Assembly (NCBI RefSeq): GCF_006345805.1
Contig: NC_043009.1
Coordinates: 54,498,001-54,562,000 of the forward strand
Reading direction: 5' to 3'
DNA: 64,000 nucleotides
Source: Octopus sinensis
Lineage: Eukaryota
Part shown: piece after piece, positions 1-12,000 of the stretch
Layout: the number at the start of each line of letters is the position of its first letter
Numbering within the stretch: the first letter of the stretch is position 1
Translations under genes and position numbers: made by a program
The notes under the pieces: generated by a model
Told to the model about the DNA's origin: nothing
Seen by the model: the letters and a program-made list of their open reading frames with translations, nothing else
Database searches by the model: none

Positions 1-3000
1 ATATCTGGAATGTCTGGAATACCAGGAATGTCTGGAATGTCACGGATGTCTGGAATGTAAAGAATGTCAGGAATGTCTGGAATGTCAGGAATGTCAGGAA
101 TGTCTGGAATATCTGGAATGTCAGGAATGTCTGGAATGTCAGAAATAACTGGAATGTCAGGAATGTCCTGAATGTCTGGAATGTCAGGAATGTAGGAACG
201 TCAGGGATGTCTGGAATGTCTGGAATGTCAGAAATAACTGGAATGTCAGGAATGTCCTGAATGTCTAGAATGTAAGGAATGTCTGGAATTTCAGGAATGT
301 AGGAATGTCAGGGATGTCTGGAATGTCTAGAATGTCAGGAATGTCAACACTCACTTTGATCTCTGTCAGCACCCCTTTGATCTCTGTCGGCACCCTCTTT
401 GATCTCTGTCGGCATCCTCTTTGATCTCTGTCGGCACCATCTTTGATCTCTGTCGGCGCTCTCTTTGAGCTCTGTCGGCACTCTCTTTGATCTCTGTCGG
501 CACACCTTTGATCTCTGTCGGCATCCTCTTTGATCTCTTTCGGCACTCCCTTTGATCTCTGTTGGCACCCCTTTGATCCTGTCGGCACGTTCTTTGATCT
601 CTGTCGGCATCCTCTTTGATCTCTGTCGTCACAATCTTTGATGTCTGTCGGCACTCTCTTTGATCTATGTCGGCATCCTCTTTGATCTCTTTCGGCACCC
701 AATTGGATCTCTGTCGGCACCTTCTTTGATCTCTGTCGACACCCTCTTTGATCTCTTTCGGCACCGTCTCTGATCTCTGGAATGACAGGAATGTCTGGAA
801 TGTCAGGAATGTCTGGAATGTCTGGAATGTCAGGAATGTCTGGAATGTCTGGAATGTCAGGAATGTCTGGAATGTCTGGAATGTCGGGAATATCTGGAAT
901 GTCAGGAATGTCCGGACTGTCTGGAATTCCAGCAATGTCTGCAATGTCAGGGATGTCTGGGATGTCTAGAATGTCAGGAATGTCAGGAATGTCTGGAATG
1001 TCAGGAATGTATGGAATGTCAGGAATGTCTGGAATGTCAGAAATATCTGGAATGTCAGGAATGTCCGGAATGTCTGGAATGTCCGGAATGTCTGGAATGT
1101 CAGGAATGTCAGGGATGTTTGGAATGTCTAGAATGTCAGGAATGTCAACACCCTCTTTGATCTCTGTCGGCACTCCCTTTGATCTCTGTCAGCACCCCTT
1201 TGATCTCTGTCGGCACCCTCTTTGATCTCTGTCGGCATCCTCTTTGATCTCTGTCGGCACCATCTTTGATCTCTGTCGGCACTCACTTTGATCTCTGTCG
1301 GCACTCTCTTTGATCTCTGTCGACACTCCCTTTGATCTCTGTCGGCACCCTCTTTGATCTTTGTCGACACCCTCTTTGATGTCTTTCGGCACCGTCTTTG
1401 ATCTCTGGAATGACAGGAATGTCTGGATTGTCAGGAATGTCTGTAATGTCTGGAATGTCAGGAATGTCTGGAATGTCAGGAATGTCTGGAATGTCAGGAA
1501 TGTCTGGAATGTCAGGAATGTCTGGAATATCTGGAATGTCAGGCATGTCTGGAATGTCTGGAATGTCTAGATCGTCGGGAATATCTGGAATGTCAGGAAT
1601 GTCCGGAATGTCTGGAATGCCAGGAATGTCTGGAATGTCAGAGGTGTCTGGAATGTCTAGAATGTCGGGAATGTCAGGAATGTAAGGAATGTTAGGGAAT
1701 GCCAGGTATGTCTGGACTGTCAGGGATGTCTGGAATGTCTAGAATGTCAGGAATGTCTGGAATGTCTGGAATGTCTGGAATGTCTGGAAGGTCAGGAATG
1801 TCTGGAATGTCTGGAATGTCAGGAATGTCTGGAATGTCTGGAATGTCGGGAATATCTGGAATGTCTGGAATGTCGGGAATATCTAGAATGTCAGGAATGT
1901 CCGGAATGTCTGGAATGCCAGGAATGTCTGCAATGTCAGGGATGTCTGGGATGTCTAGAATGTCAGGAATGTCAGGAATGTCTGGAATGTCAGGAATGTC
2001 TAGAATGTCCGGAATGTCTGGAATGTCAGGAATGTCAGGGATGTTTGGAATGTCTAGAATGTCAGGAATGTCAACACCCGCTTTGATCTCTGTCGGCACC
2101 TTCTTTGATCTTTGTCGGCACCCACTTTGATCTCTAACGGAACCGTCTTTGATCTCTGGAATGTCAGCAATGTCAGGAATGTCTGGAATTTCTTTGATCT
2201 CCGTCGACACCCTCTTTGATCTCTGTCGGGACTCCCTTTGATCTCTGTCAGCACACCTTTGATCTCTGTCGGCACCCTCTTTGATCTCTGTCGGCATCCT
2301 CTTTGATCTCTTTCGGCACGCTCTTTGATCTCTGTCGGCACTCCCTTTGATCTCTGTCAGTACCCCTTTGATCTCTGTCGGCACTCACTTTGATCTCTGT
2401 CGGATCTCTTTGATCTCTGTCGGCACTCCCTTTGATCTCTGTCGGCACACCTTTGATCTCTGTCGGCACCCTCTTTGATCTCTGTCGGCACTCCCTTTGA
2501 TCTCTGTTGGCACCCTTTGATCCCTGTCGGCACGTTCTTTGATCTCTGTCGGCATCCTCTTTGATCTCTATCGGCACAATCTTTGGTCTCTGTCGGCACT
2601 CTCTTTGATCTATGTCGGCATCCTCTTTGATCTCTTTCGGCACCCACTTTGATCTCTGTCGGCACCTTCTTTGATCTTTGTCGACACCCTCTTTGATCTT
2701 TTTCGGCACCGTCTTTGATCTCAGGAATGACAGGAATGTCTGGAATGTCAGGAATGTCTGTAATGTCTGGAATGTCTGGAATGTCTGGAATGTCAGGAAT
2801 GTCTGTAATGTCAGGAATGTCTGGAATGTCAGGGATGTCTGGAATGTCTGGAATGTCGGGAATATCTGGAATGTCAGGAATGTCCGGAATGTCTGGAATG
2901 CCAGGAATGTCTGGAATGTCAGGGATGTCTGGAATGTCTAGAATGTCAGGAATGTCAGGAATGCCTGGAATGTCTGGAATGTCTGGAATGTCTGGAATGT

Positions 3001-6000
3001 CTGGAATGTCAGAAATATCTGGAATGTCAGGAATGTCTAGAATGTCTGAAATGTCTGGAATGTCCGGAATATCTGGAATGTCTGGAATACCAGGAATGTC
3101 TGGAATGTCACGGATGTCTGGAATGTAAAGAATGTCAGGAATGTCTGGAATGTCAGGAATGTCAGGAATGTCTGGAATATCTGGAATGTCAGGAATGTCT
3201 GGAATGTCAGAAATAACTGGAATGTCAGGAATGTCCTGAATGTCTGGAATGTCAGGAATGTAGGAACGTCAGGGATGTCTGGAATGTCTGGAATGTCAGA
3301 AATAACTGGAATGTCAGGAATGTCCTGAATGTCTAGAATGTAAGGAATGTCTGGAATTTCAGGAATGTAGGAATGTCAGGGATGTCTGGAATGTCTAGAA
3401 TGTCAGGAATGTCAACACTCACTTTGATCTCTGTCAGCACCCCTTTGATCTCTGTCGGCACCCTCTTTGATCTCTGTCGGCATCCTCTTTGATCTCTGTC
3501 GGCACCATCTTTGATCTCTGTCGGCACTCTCTTTGAGCTCTGTCGGCACTCTCTTTGATCTCTGTCGGCACACCTTTGATCTCTGTCGGCATCCTCTTTG
3601 ATCTCTTCGGCACTCCCTTTGATCTCTGTTGGCACCCCTTTGATCCCTGTCGGCACGTTCTTTGATCTCTGTCGGCATCCTCTTGATCTCTGTCGTCACA
3701 ATCTTTGATGTCTGTCGGCACTCTCTTTGATCTATGTCGGCATCCTCTTTGATCTCTTTCGGCACCCAATTGGATCTCTGTCGGCACCTTCTTTGATCTC
3801 TGTCGACACCCTCTTTGATCTCTTTCGGCACCGTCTCTGATCTCTGGAATGACAGGAATGTCTGGAATGTCAGGAATGTCTGGAATGTCTGGAATGTCAG
3901 GAATGTCTGGAATGTCTGGAATGTCAGGAATGTCTGGAATGTCTGGAATGTCGGGAATATCTGGAATGTCAGGAATGTCCGGACTGTCTGGAATTCCAGC
4001 AATGTCTGCAATGTCAGGGATGTCTGGGATGTCTAGAATGTCAGGAATGTCAGGAATGTCTGGAATGTCAGGAATGTATGGAATGTCAGGAATGTCTGGA
4101 ATGTCAGAAATATCTGGAATGTCAGGAATGTCCGGAATGTCTGGAATGTCCGGAATGTCTGGAATGTCAGGAATGTCAGGGATGTTTGGAATGTCTAGAA
4201 TGTCAGGAATGTCAACACCCTCTTTGATCTCTGTCGGCACTCCTTTGATCTCTGTCAGCACCCCTTTGATCTCTGTCGGCACCCTCTTTGATCTCTGTCG
4301 GCATCCTCTTTGATCTCTGTCGGCACCATCTTTGATCTCTGTCGGCACTCACTTTGATCTCTGTCGGCACTCTCTTTGATCTCTGTCGACACTCCCTTTG
4401 ATCTCTGTCGGCACCCTCTTTGATCTTTGTCGACACCCTCTTTGATGTCTTTCGGCACCGTCTTTGATCTCTGGAATGACAGGAATGTCTGGATTGTCAG
4501 GAATGTCTGTAATGTCTGGAATGTCAGGAATGTCTGGAATGTCAGGAATGTCTGGAATGTCAGGATGTCTGGAATGTCAGGAATGTCTGGAATATCTGGA
4601 ATGTCAGGCATGTCTGGAATGTCTGGAATGTCTAGATCGTCGGGAATATCTGGAATGTCAGGAATGTCCGGAATGTCTGGAATGCCAGGAATGTCTGGAA
4701 TGTCAGAGGTGTCTGGAATGTCTAGAATGTCGGGAATGTCAGGAATGTAAGGAATGTTAGGGAATGCCAGGTATGTCTGGACTGTCAGGGATGTCTGGAA
4801 TGTCTAGAATGTCAGGAATGTCTGGAATGTCTGGAATGTCTGGAATGTCTGGAAGGTCAGGAATGTCTGGAATGTCTGGAATGTCAGGAATGTCTGGAAT
4901 GTCGGGAATGTCGGGAATATCTGGAATGTCTGGAATGTCGGGAATATCTAGAATGTCAGGAATGTCCGGAATGTCTGGAATGCCAGGAATGTCTGCAATG
5001 TCAGGGATGTCTGGGATGTCTAGAATGTCAGGAATGTCAGGAATGTCTGGAATGTCAGGAATGTCTAGAATGTCCGGAATGTCTGGAATGTCAGGAATGT
5101 CAGGGATGTTTGGAATGTCTAGAATGTCAGGAATGTCAACACCCGCTTTGATCTCTGCCGGCACTCCCTTTGATCTCTGTCAGCACACCTTTGATCTCTG
5201 TCGGCACCCTCTTTGATCTCTGTCGGCATCCTCTTTGATCTCTGTCGGCACCATCTTTGATCTCTGTCGGCACTCACTTTGATCTCTGTCGGCACTCTCT
5301 TTGATCTCTGTCGACACTCCCTTTGATCTCTGTCGGCACCCTCTTTGATCTTTGTCGACACCCGCTTTGATGTCTTTCGGCACCGTCTTTGATCTCTGGA
5401 ATGACATGAATGTCTGGATTGTCAGGAATGTCTGTAATGTCTGAATGTCAGGAATGTCTGGAATGTCAGGAATGTCTGGAATGTCAGGAATGTCTGGAAT
5501 GTCAGGAATGTCTGGAATATCTGGAATGTCAGGCATGTCTGGAATGTCTGGAATGTCTAGATCGTCGGGAATATCTGGAATGTCAGGAATGTCCGGAATG
5601 TCTGGAATGCCAGGAATGTCTGGAATGTCAGAGGTGTCTGGAATGTCTAGAATGTCAGGAATGTCAGGAGTGTAAGGAACGTTAGGGAATGCCAGGAATG
5701 TCTGGAATGTCAGGAATGTCTGGAATGTCAGGAATGTCTGGAATGTCTGGAATGTCAGGAATGTCTGGAATGTCAGGAATGTCTGGAATGTCTGGAATGT
5801 CAGGAATGTCTGGAATGTCTGGAATGTCGGGAATATCTGGAATGTCAGGAATGTCCGGAATGTCTGGAATGCCAGGAATGTCTGCAATGTCAGGGATGTC
5901 TGGGATGTCTAGAATGTCAGGAATGTCAGGAATGTCTGGAATGTCAGGAATGTATGGAATGTCAGGAATGTCTGGAATGTCAGAAATATCTGGAATGTCA

Positions 6001-9000
6001 GGAATGTCCGGAATGTCTGGAATGTCGGGAATGTCTGGAATGTCAGGAATGTCAGGGATGTTTGGAATGTCTAGAATGTCAGGAATGTCAACACCCTCTT
6101 TGATCTCTGTCGGCACTCCCTTTGATCTCTGTCAGCACCCCTTTGATCTCTGTCGGCACCCTCTTTGATCTCTGTCGGCATCCTCTTTGATCTCTGTCGG
6201 CACCATCTTTGATCTCTGTCGGCACTCACTTTGATCTCTGTCGGCACTCTCTTTGATCTCTGTCGACACTCCCTTTGATCTCTGTCGGCACCCTCTTTGA
6301 TCTTTGTCGACACCCTCTTTGATGTCTTTCGGCACCGTCTTTGATCTCTGGAATGACATGAATGTCTGGATTGTCAGGAATGTCTGTAATGTCTGGAATG
6401 TCAGGAATGTCTGGAATGTCAGGAATGTCTGGAATGTCAGGAATGTCTGGAATATCTGGAATGTCAGGCATGTCTGGAATGTCTGGAATGTCTAGATCGT
6501 CGGGAATATCTGGACTGTCAGGAATGTCCGGAATGTCTGGAATGCCAGGAATGTCTGGAATGTCAGAGGTGTCTGGAATGTCTAGAATGTCAGGAATGTC
6601 AGGAGTGTAAGGAATGTTAGGGAATGCCAGGAATGTCTAGAATGTCAGGGATGTCTGGAATGTCTAGAATGTCAGGAATGTCAGGAATGTCTGGAATGTC
6701 TGGAATGTCTGGAATGTCTGGAATGTCAGGAATGTCTGGAATGTCAGAATATCTGGAATGTCAGGAATGTCTAGAATGTCTGAAATGTCTGGAATGTCAG
6801 GAATATCTGGAATGTCTGGAATACCAGGAATGTCTGGAATGTCACGGATGTCTGGAATATAAAGAATGTCTGGAATGTCTGGAATGTCAGGAATGTCAGG
6901 AATGTCTGGAATATCTGGAATGTCAGGAATGTCTGGAATGTCAGGAATGTAGGAACGTCAGGGATGTCTGGAATGTCTGGAATGTCAGAAATAACTGGAA
7001 TGTCATGAATGTCCTGAATGTCTGGAATGTCAGGAATGTCTGGAATTTCAGGAATGTAGGGATGTCAGGGATGTCTGGAATGTCTAGAATGTCAGGAATG
7101 TCAACACTCACTTAGATCTCTGTCAGCACCCCTTTGATCTCTGTCGGCACCCTCTTTGATCTCTGTCGGCATCCTCTTTGATCTCTGTCGGCACCATCTT
7201 TGATCTCTGTCGGCACTCTCTTTGATCTCTGTCGGCACTCTCTTTGATCTCTGTCGGCACACCTTTGATCTCTGTCGGCATCCTCTTTGATCTCTTTCGG
7301 CACTCCTTTTGATCTCTGTTGGCACCCCTTTGATCCCTGTCGGCACGTTCTTTGATCTCTGTCGGCATCCTCTTTGATATCTGTCGTCACATTCTTTGAT
7401 TTCTGTCTGCACTCTCTTTGATCTATGTCGGCATCCTCTTTGATCTCTTTCGGCACCCAATTGGATCTCTGTCGGCACCTTCTTTGATCTCTGTCGACAC
7501 CCTCTTTGATCTCTTTCGGCACCGTCTCTGATCTCTGGAATGACAGGATGTCTGGAATGTCAGGTGTCTGGAATGTCTGGAATGTCAATGTCAGGAATGT
7601 CTGGAATGTCTGAATGTCTGGAATGGAATGGAATGGAATGTCAGGAATGTCTGGAATGTCAGGAATGTCTGGAATGTCTGGAATGTCAGGAATGTCTGGA
7701 ATGTCTGGAATGTCGGGAATATCTGGAATGTCAGGAATGTCCGGAATGTCTGGAATTCCAGCAATGTCTGCAATGTCAGGGATGTCTGGGATGTCTAGAA
7801 TGTCAGGAATGTCAGGAATGTCTGGAATGTCAGGAATGTATGGAATGTCAGGAATGTCTGGAATGTCAGAAATATCTGGAATGTCAGGAATGTCCGGAAT
7901 GTCTGGAATGTCCGGAATGTCTGGAATGTCAGGAATGTCAGGGATGTTTGGAATGTCTAGAATGTCAGGAATGTCAACACCCTCTTTGATCTCTGTCGCA
8001 CTCCCTTGATCTCTGTCAGCACCCCTTTGATCTCTGTCGGCACCCTATTTGATCTCTGTCGGCATCCTCTTTGATCTCTGTCGGCACCATCTTTGATCTC
8101 TGTCGGCACTCACTTTGATCTCTGTCGGCACTCTCTTTGATCTCTGTCGACACTCCCTTTGATCTCTGTCGGCACCCTCTTTGATCTTTGTCGACACCCT
8201 CTTTGATGTCTTTCGGCACCGTCTTTGATCTCTGGAATGACAGGAATGTCTGGATTGTCAGGAATGTCTGTAAAGTCTGGAATGTCAGGAATGTCTGGAA
8301 TGTCATGAATGTCTGGAATGTCAGGAATGTCTGGAATATCTGGAATGTCAGGCATGTCTGGAATGTCTGGAATGTCAGAAATAACTGGAATGTCAGGAAT
8401 GTCCTGAATGTCTAGAATGTAAGAAATGTCTGGAATTTCAGGAATGTAGGAATGTCAGGGATGTCTGGAATGTCTAGAATGTCAGGAATGTCAACACTCA
8501 CTTTGATCTCTGTCAGCACACCTTTGATCTCTGTCGGCACCCTCTTTGATCTCTGTCGGCATCCTCTTTGATCTCTGTCGGCACCATCTTTGATCTCTGT
8601 CGGCACTCTCTTTGAGCTCTGTCGGCACTCTCTTTGATCTCTGTCGGCACACCTTTGATCTCTGTCGGCATCCTCTTTGATCTCTTTCGGCACTCCCTTT
8701 GATCTCTGTTGGCACCCCTTTGATCCCTGTCGGCACGTTCTTTGATCTCTGTCGGCATCCTCTTTGATCTCTGTCGTCACAATCTTTGATGTCTGTCGGC
8801 ACTCTCTTTGATCTATGTCGGCATCCTCTTTGATCTCTTTCGGCACCCAATTGGATCTCTGTCGGCACCTTCTTTGATCTCTGTCGACACCCTCTTTGAT
8901 CTCTTTCGGCACCGTCTCTGATCTCTGGAATGACAGGAATGTCTGGAATGTCAGGAATGTCTGGAATGTCTGGAATGTCAGGAATGTCTGGAATGTCTGG

Positions 9001-12000
9001 AATGTCAGGAATGTCTGGAATGTCTGGAATGTCGGGAATATCTGGAATGTCAGGAATGTCCGGACTGTCTGGAATTCCAGCAATGTCTGCAATGTCAGGG
9101 ATGTCTGGGATGTCTAGAATGTCAGGAATGTCAGGAATGTCTGGAATGTCAGGAATGTATGGAATGTCAGGAATGTCTGGAATGTCAGAAATATCTGGAA
9201 TGTCAGGAATGTCCGGAATGTCTGGAATGTCCGGAATGTCTGGAATGTCAGGAATGTCAGGGATGTTTGGAATGTCTAGAATGTCAGGAATGTCAACACC
9301 CTCTTTGATCTCTGTCGGCACTCCCTTTGATCTCTGTCAGCACCCCTTTGATCTCTGTCGGCACCCTCTTTGATCTCTGTCGGCATCCTCTTTGATCTCT
9401 GTCGGCACCATCTTTGATCTCTGTCGGCACTCACTTTGATCTCTGTCGGCACTCTCTTTGATCTCTGTCGACACTCCCTTTGATCTCTGTCGGCACCCTC
9501 TTTGATCTTTGTCGACACCCTCTTTGATGTCTTTCGGCACCGTCTTTGATCTCTGGAATGACATGAATGTCTGGATTGTCAGGAATGTCTGTAATGTCTG
9601 GAATGTCAGGAATGTCTGGAATGTCAGGAATGTCTGGAATGTCAGGAATGTCTGGAATATCTGGAATGTCAGGCATGTCTGGAATGTCTGGAATGTCTAG
9701 ATCGTCGGGAATATCTGGAATGTCAGGAATGTCCGGAATGTCTGGAATGCCAGGAATGTCTGGAATGTCAGAGGTGTCTGGAATGTCTAGAATGTCAGGA
9801 ATGTCAGGAGTGTAAGGAATGTTAGGGAATGCCAGGAATGTCTGGAATGTCAGGGATGTCTGGAATGTCTAGAATGTCAGGAATGTCAGGAATGTCTGGA
9901 ATGTCTGGAATGTCTGGAATGTCTGGAATGTCAGGAATGTCTGGAATGTCAGAAATATCTGGAATGTCAGGAATGTCTAGAATGTCTGAAATGTCTGGAA
10001 TGTCAGGAATATCTGGAATGTCTGGAATACCAGGAATGTCTGGATGTCACGGATGTCTGGAATGTAAAGAATGTCAGGAATGTCTGGATGTCAGGAATGT
10101 CAGGAATGTCTGGAATATCTCTGGAATGTCAGGAATGTCTGGAATGTCAGGAATGTAGGAACGTCAGGGATGTCTGGAATGTCTGGAATGTCAGAAATAA
10201 CTGGAATGTCATGAATGTCCTGAATGTCTGGAATGTCAGGAATGTCTGGAATTTCAGGAATGTAGGAATGTCAGGGATGTCTGGAATATCTGGAATGTCA
10301 GGCATGTCTGGAATGTCTGGAATGTCTAGATCGTCGGGAATATCTGGAATGTCAGGAATGTCCGGAATGTCTGGAATGCCAGGAATGTCTGGAATGTCAG
10401 AGGTGTCTGGAATGTCTAGAATGTCAGGAATGTCAGGAGTGTAAGGAATGTTAGGGAATGCCAGGAATGTCTGGAATGTCAGGGATGTCTGGAATGTCTA
10501 GAATGTCAGGAATGTCAGGAATGTCTGGAATGTCTGGAATGTCTGGAATGTCTGGAATGTCAGGAATGTCTGGAATGTCAGAAATATCTGGAATGTCAGG
10601 AATGTCTAGAATGTCTGAAATGTCTGGAATGTCAGGAATATCTGGAATGTCTGGAATACCAGGAATGTCTGGAATGTCACGGATGTCTGGAATGTAAAGA
10701 ATGTCAGGAATGTCTGGAATGTCAGGAATGTCAGGAATGTCTGGAATATCTGGAATGTCAGGAATGTCTGGAATGTCAGGAATGTAGGAACGTCAGGGAT
10801 GTCTGGAATGTCTGGAATGTCAGAAATAACTGGAATGTCATGAATGTCCTGAATGTCTGGAATGTCAGGAATGTCTGGAATTTCAGGAATGTAGGAATGT
10901 CAGGGATGTCTGGAATGTCTAGAATGTCAGGAATGTCAACACTCACTTAGATCTCTGTCAGCACCCCTTTGATCTCTGTCGGCACCCTCTTTGATCTCTG
11001 TCGGCATCCTCTTTGATCTCTTTCGGCACTCCCTTTGATCTCTGTTGGCACCCCTTTGATCCCTGTCGGCACGTTCTTTGATCTCTGTCGGCATCCTCTT
11101 TGATATCTGTCGTCACAATCTTTGATTTCTGTCGGCACTCTCTTTGATCTATGTCGGCATCCTCTTTGATCTCTTTCGGCACCCAATTGGATCTCTGTCG
11201 GCACCTTCTTTGATCTCTGTCGACACCCTCTTTGATCTCTTTCGGCACCGTCTCTGATCTCTGGAATGACAGGAATGTCTGGAATGTCAGGAATGTCTGG
11301 AATGTCTGGAATGTCAGGAATGTCTGGAATGTCAGGAATGTCTGGAATGTCAGGAATGTCTGGAATGTCTGGAATGTCATGAATGTCTGGAATGTCAGGA
11401 ATGTCTGGAATGTCTGGAATGTCAGGAATGTCTGGAATGTCTGGAATGTCGGGAATATCTGGAATGTCAGGAATGTCCGGAATGTCTGCAATGTCAGGGA
11501 TGTCTGGGATGTCTAGAATGTCAGGAATGTCAGGAATGTCTGGAATGTCAGGAATGTATGGAATGTCAGGAATGTCTGGAATGTCAGAAATATCTGGAAT
11601 GTCAGGAATGTCCGGAATGTCTGGAATGTCAGGAATGTCTGGAATGTCAGGAATGTCAGGGATGTCTGGAATGTCTAGAATGTCAGGAATGTCAACACCC
11701 TCTTTGATATCTGTCGGCACTCTCTTTGATCTCTGTCGGCACCCACTTGGATCTCTGTCGGCACTCTCTTTGATCTCTGTCGGCACTCTCTTTGATTTCT
11801 GTCGGCATCCTCTTTGATCTCTTTCGGCACTCACTTTGATCTCTGTCGGCACTCTCTTTGATCTCTGTCGACACTCCCTTTGATCTCTGTCGGCACTCTC
11901 TTTGATCTTTGTCGGCACCCTCTTTGATGTCTTTCGGCACCGTCTTTGATCTCTGGAATGACAGGAATGTCTGGATTGTCAGGAATGTCTGTAATGTCTG

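Noticed and set aside
1690-1697. TTAGGG telomeric hexamer recurring once per module
   Set aside because: Single isolated hexamers propagated by the higher-order repeat; no telomeric tract.
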